A DNA stretch of 63,549 nt, counting the filler, from Intoshia linei (taxonomy: Eukaryota > Animalia > Orthonectida): assembly GCA_001642005.1 (NCBI GenBank). It is 5 parts of 5 records of this genome, joined end to end, with 100 filler letters (N's around TTAATTAATTAA, not from the genome) between each part and the next. Parts side by side here need not be neighbours in the genome. Positions count along the whole stretch, not along the records: positions 56,538 to 59,051 come from LWCA01002290.1; positions 59,152 to 63,549 come from LWCA01001975.1; 3 more parts are not named here. One strand, written 5' to 3'. The position numbers and the translations under genes were made by a program. The notes beneath the pieces were generated by a model. That model worked only from the letters and a program-made list of their open reading frames with translations. It was not told where the DNA came from and made no database searches. This document shows, in pieces, positions 57,646-63,549 of the stretch; position 1 is the stretch's first letter, and every line of letters starts with the position of its first letter.

Positions 57646-59379
57646 AAGCAATTTTTAAAGATTCTTATTCTCTTAAAGTTATGAAATTGTCGAAATGTAT
57701 GAAATAAATTGTTTTTTCCAGTATTTAACACATTAGAGAACATTACTGTTTAGCGTAAAAAACAAATTAATAAACCCAACATTTTGAGATTCATACATTG
57801 TGTATGTAATTGTACATTCAAATATAGATTTACATTTTCGAAAAACTAAATTTTGTTTAAAAAGTTGTAATTTTAAAAAATAATAAGTGGCCATTTATAA
57901 TTTATTGAAAAATTATGAAATAAATTAATTTGATTTTTATATCGGTTGATTCTTTGATTTTTATAAACTAGAATGTTTTCATGAAAAGTTGAAATTCTGG
58001 GAAATTTTGGATGTTTTAAATAATTAACAAGTTTTGCAACGTTTAAATTGTTACACATGTAATTTTGTTAAAAATTTGACTTTTATATTTGTTTGATTTC
58101 ATTTATTGAATGTTTTGTAGTGTTAACTTTGGCGATATAGTGTTTAGAGATAATTTTCAATTTTTCCTTCATATTTTGAAATTAAGTAAAATTTTATAAT
58201 GGGTAATACGTTTGGATACATTGGATAATTGGACATGAAATCCCGTCTCAATAGATTCATTTCATTTGCATTCATTTTTTCAGGGTATTTTTTAGTATGA
58301 AATGAGATTTCAATTTCTGGTAAACTATAAAAAGATTTTTGACTAAAACTCATACTTGAATCTGTTGAGTTTTAGGACGAATTACCACGTATAGTTGATA
58401 GTTGACTATTTCTATTGGTATTATTGCAAATTGATCTATTATCAGAGCAACTCTCTGATTCAATGTCACAGTTTTTTAATTTAGGGTATTTTCCATAATG
58501 ATTTGCTCCCACTTGGCTAGTATTTTAAATGAAAAAAGTAATAGAATTTTAAAAACCATAAATTTTTTCATTGTTTAGAAAATAATAAACATTATCATAA
58601 ATGGCAACCTGAAATAAGTGCATTGTCACGATCAAAACCACAGATTACCTTTTTTTAAAAATGAAACTAGTCCCAGTATTTAAAAATTTAAAAAAAAATT
58701 ACAATTAATACAGTCATATGCTATTAACACACACAAAAAAATTCAATCTGACAAAGTGCCGCCTTCACGGTCAAAAAAGCACTTTAAGTTTAATTTTTTT
58801 TAAACTATTTCGAAACTATTTTATTAATACAAAAATTTAAAATAATTAACGGTCCACCAATTAAAAGAAATAATTATTCTAATACAACTTATTCCAATTG
58901 ATATAGCGACAAAATTTCAACCTCATAAATCTACGCATTCCCGGTGAAAATAACTTAATATATTATCAACCAATATTTTTTAAATTTTTGGATTAAAATT
59001 AACCCATTAGTGACCGATGACTACATATGTAGTCATCCATGTTTCATATTGNNNNNNNNNNNNNNNNNNNNNNNNNNNNNNNNNNNNNNNNNNNNTTAAT
59101 TAATTAANNNNNNNNNNNNNNNNNNNNNNNNNNNNNNNNNNNNNNNNNNNNACACTTTTAGTGCTAATTGCCCTTGATTCTTTGATGGGTGTGACACCCT
59201 AGTGTTTACACCAGACAATATTTTTTAAACTTATTCAATTATAAATTCTAATTAAAACTACACAATATATGATGTTTAGTAGTGAAATAGCTATATACAT
59301 GTCTAGTGCATAATTTTCACTTTACAATATGAGTTTGGCAGAATGCATGAACTCGAAGAGTGAATGCATTCAACACACG

Positions 59380-60090
59380 AGTTTTGTCTATTTGTTTTGC
59401 ATTTGGTTATATCTATTAGTGGCACGAATTCTGGCCAACCCGTATAATGATCCACTATGTTAATTATATATTGATATCCGTTAATGAAAATTGAAAATGG
59501 TCCCAATATATCGACCTGCCTTCTGACTTGTACATATAAGACTAGAAATATAAATATCGAATAAGATTGTAAATTTTAGTTACGCCGGCGTGACAATATA
59601 AGTCAGATCGATAATAATGGGTGATAATATTTAATCTGTCTGACATGGCTATGACTGGCAGTAATTTGTTGGGTCTTGAATAATTGAGGAGTTTATTTTT
59701 AGCCTTTAATTTCTTTTCATATCTATAATATTTATTTGATAATTAATTTATTATTTAGTAATATATTTTTACGGCTTCGATACAATCTGTATCTTTTGAT
59801 TGGCCATGTTTCCAATTGATTACGTCAGCATTTTGTACAATAGCGTTAGTAAATTCAGGACGTGATAATATATCGGCTGTGTCGTTTAAATGACCGGGCA
59901 CGTAGTTAATTGTAAAATCAAATTGTTCCAATCTTTCGATCAACGAAATTGACGGTTTGTACGGTTTTTAGATTGTCGAATGTGGACGACGGGGTTGTGA
60001 TCGGTTATTACAGTGAAATGACGACCATAAAGATAGTATTTAAACTTTTCGATAGCCCAGACGATTGCCAAAAGTTCTTTATCTATTTTT
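59380..60090 (-). mobile_element. Ty3/Gypsy pol remnant (RNase H + partial integrase)
   Basis: [29 protein letters not shown]; IERLEQFDFTINYVPGHLNDTADILSR; DILGPF..YIINIVDHYTGWPEFVPL. Confidence 0.88.
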
Positions 60091-60359
60091 ATCTATATCT
60101 ATCTAAACATTAAAAAATAAGTTTGGACGTTTATATGGCTATTTTGGTAATGGTACTCTCTTTATACTCGTCACCTCAAAAATGTTGTACTAATGTATTA
60201 CATTTTAAACTTTTAGTTATTGAAATAAACGATAACACATGTTGTGTTACACAACATACAGACAAACAAAAATATTTATATAAGTTAGGAATCCTAACTT
60301 AGGATTATAATGCAATATAATGTATTATATATATAATACATTGTATACAATTTATTAAC

Positions 60360-60738
60360 TTTCAATCTAATTTGAATCAAAATCAAATTTTTAACACAAT
60401 GGGCCACTGTTTTACTGCGCCGTACACTACATTCGATTATTTAGCCGATTAAATATACAATTTAGTATTAATTTAAATTTAGAGTTATGTGCAGTTCAAA
60501 AAATATACACCAAGAAAGGATGTCCTGCTTGTCTCCCACATCTTAAAAATCATNTTTCAATCTAATTTGAATCAAAATTAAATTCAGGCCACTGTTTTAC
60601 TGCGCCGTACACTACATTCGATTATTTAGCCGATTAAATATACAATTTAGTATTAATTTAAATTTAGAGGTATGTGCAGTTCAAAAAGTATACACCAAGA
60701 AAGGGTGTTCTGCTTGTCTCCCACATCTTAAAGATCAT
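60360..60738. repeat. ~190-bp direct duplication joined at n60554 (probable uncollapsed alleles)
   Basis: 60360-60553 is approximately 60555-60738, with a few substitutions and one indel, separated by a single n. Confidence 0.8.
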
Positions 60739-61378
60739 TGTCTACCGGCCCTCATTTCAGTAACGATTATTATAATCATATTAGTTCCCACTTTAATATA
60801 CATAATTGTATACTTAACTGTGATATATGACGCTGGAACGAGTATTTAGGTTCAGAAAAGATCCAAAAGGTATCTGGAATATAATAGAAAAAATTATTAA
60901 TTAATAAATGGAAGAAAAGATAATGTAGTTTAGATGGACAAAACAATGATATCATGAATTTTTTTAAATAAAATTTACATTAGTATTATACAAATTACTG
61001 TTCATACAATAACATGTAATATGCGTAAAAATTAATTTTATTATCAATGTATACTTTGTGGCAATAAAATAAATTAAATTCTAATAAAATACAATCACGC
61101 TACGTGATTGTAATTACGTCACATAAATTAAATCTATTTTATTGCTAAAATTCTAAGCCAAATATTAAAGCCATATTTAAGTTGTTCACTTTACAAATCA
61201 ATAAAATTTGAAATTTATGAATTTTAAGCTTTAAATATTAATGTTATTTAACATTTCAAAAGTAAAATTTTTTTCTTTCAATTTTGAAAATCAGCATAGT
61301 CTCGTAAGAATTAACATAATTTTGACGATAATTTTAATTTAAATATAAATCCATTGGTATGAGTATTTAATTAGTTTA

Positions 61379-62275
61379 TCCTAACTTATATAAAATGCGA
61401 CGCGATTTTTGCCAAACTTTTAAAAGGGATTTTTAGAAAATTTTTTTTGAACCAAACTTTCAAGAGGGTTTTTAAGATTTTTTTTGAACCAAACTTTTCA
61501 GGCGGATTTTAAGAAAATTGTTTTTGAAACAAACTTTTAAATGGGATTTTTAAAAAAAGGCCAAAAGTATAGACACATTTTTAACATCAATCATTTTTAT
61601 ATTACAAATTTTTGCAATAATGGTAAAATTAATTATTCAATTAATTATTGATACACAATTGGTATTTTTAAGTATTTATTAAATTGGTTCTGAATATTTA
61701 TCATTACATTGAAAATGACCAAATAGGTTTTTATAATTTTATTTTTTTTGGAATTTATGCTATTTATGACAATTTTTTAATGAGTGTTTTTACTTTATTG
61801 TTAAGATTATACAACTCATTCTGTCTAATAAATTATTTCTTTAATTTTATTTTTTCTGGAATTTATGCTATTTATGACAATTTTTAGGATTGGACGTTTT
61901 TACTTTACTTTTAATATTATACACACATTTTGTCTAATAAAATTGGACTGTTTTTACTTTATTTTTAATATTATACACACATTCTGTCTAATAAAATTAA
62001 AAATGGGATAATAATTGTTTTGAAAATTCTTTACGCAAATGTTAAAAAAAATTAAGATGGAATAATTCAGTTTAAAGTAAAAAGTAATGTGATATGACGG
62101 TTCCACACAACAACCTGAAACAAATTTTGGAACCACTCCTTTAAAGGATTGATAATAGTTAATGGTAGGATTTTTAAGTTAGATTTTCAACGTGAATTTA
62201 TTTTTTTGGTATAATAAAAATTTCCCTCGGCAAAGCTAGGTGTTGTTTGTACATACTACAAAACAGCCAAGCTAG
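61379..62275 (+). mobile_element. Non-autonomous Helitron-like element with both termini
   Basis: Host A | TCCTAACTTATATAAAATGCG ... hairpin (GCTAGGTGTTGTTTGTAC..TACAAAACAGCCAA) GCTAG | T. These are TC...CTAG ends at an AT site with no TSD. Confidence 0.78.
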
Positions 62276-63549
62276 TTAAAATATAATAAGGCTTTAAAAT
62301 TATTGCTTAGATTGCATATTTTTAAAAATGATTTTGCTCGCTATATACAGCCTCGAATACAGCTCACTGTTTTAGAACAATTTTATAGCTCAGAGAAAAC
62401 GTTAAATACTGATTGATAATATATTAAATTTTAACATCAAAAGTACACACTACCACCCGATGAGCAATTTTCACTCAATAACACTTCACAGCTCTTTAAA
62501 AAACCATCGGGGCAACGCCTCTAAAGATTTGAACATTTTATCGCGCATCGTAACTAATATTTATATTTTTATCTTTACATTGTAAAGTATACATTGTGTT
62601 ATTATAGATACAATACATTCAAATACATTTATGTTTGTATACTATTGTAAATCATACATAAACTTTTTTGAAATTTAAAACATGAAAATAATCCTGATAT
62701 TAATATCTTTGGTTTCAGTATTATTGCAGGCGCAAGGTAGTCATTACTTTGCATGGTTTATATATTATAACTTGATTGATACTTTAATAATTAACTGTTT
62801 AGTAATTTCGCACTAACAATAGGAGTCTGACTATAGCGGATTATTTCAATTTAACATTTTTCGGATGCAAATATTATCAAAATGATAAGTTATATTTCAG
62901 TTGATCATTAACTTTGAAAGTCAGAAATTTCCAATTAATCATTTATAAACAGAATAAATCAATTACATGGTTAGATTTACATGTAATTGGACAGAAACCC
63001 AGCTTCGGTATTTTGAATTCATTTTTTTGAAATTTAAGTAATAATACTTATGATATCAGAATAAGCCGTTAATCGAATTCGCGTTAAAGTTACACGGAAA
63101 TTGCGGAAAGATTGATTTTTAAGTTTATTCTATAATTTTTAAAAAAAATTTTGGGTTTTTCCTACTCCAAGTGTATATCTTTTAATGTATATAATAAAAT
63201 ATATTTAATTTATGACACGTAATTACAATCACGTCGCATGATTGTATTTTATTAAAATATAATTTATTTTATTGTTGGCACAAAGTAAACATTGATAATA
63301 AAATTAATTTTTATGCATCTTACATGTTATTGTATGAGCAGTAATTTGTTCAAAATTTATATTGATACCGCCTTATTATGGTTTGTATACAAACCAATGT
63401 AAATTTATGAGTGTAATTTTTGCATCTATACAAACTAATATAAATTTATGAGTGTAGTTTTTGGCATCTATACATGCAATTGTCTCGTAAGGGTGAATAG
63501 AGCCTTAATATTAATGTTTCTATAATAATTTTGTAATATCCTAAAAATA

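Noticed and set aside
60360-60738. Tandem duplication as a real structural variant
   Set aside because: It is joined by a single n with allele-level differences, so it is likely uncollapsed haplotypes.

Overview
Very AT-rich eukaryotic genomic scaffold, animal by gene content, with a compact intron-rich architecture. Many GT-AG introns are only about 34-55 nt. Genes were reconstructed by hand-splicing, because the ORF track splits most of them. They are: COX5B (3' exons), a CEP152/asterless-like coiled-coil gene, a Ras-family GTPase, MED20 head-to-head with FIP1L1, an unknown basic protein, UNC119, SEM1/DSS1, HSPE1 (Hsp10), a ~17.7 kb focal adhesion kinase gene (FERM-kinase-FAT), KAT5/Tip60 and MYCBP. 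Introns and spacers are filled with decayed transposons: Tc1/mariner, hAT, a Mutator-like FLYWCH fragment, piggyBac-type MITEs, Gypsy LTR fragments with ~115-bp LTRs, and a very abundant non-autonomous Helitron-like family. The most striking element is a degenerate alpha-like (virga/nege-like) RNA-virus RdRp fragment at ~33.0-33.5 kb, interpreted as an endogenous viral element. Other oddities are a Ras with G13A and an ambiguous or absent CAAX box, a FAK with diverged regulatory motifs, and an UNC119 with altered conserved His/Ser positions. Four N-gaps carry an artificial TTAATTAATTAA linker, and single-n joints mark local assembly artefacts. All homology calls are from manual translation and remembered family motifs; no database search was run.
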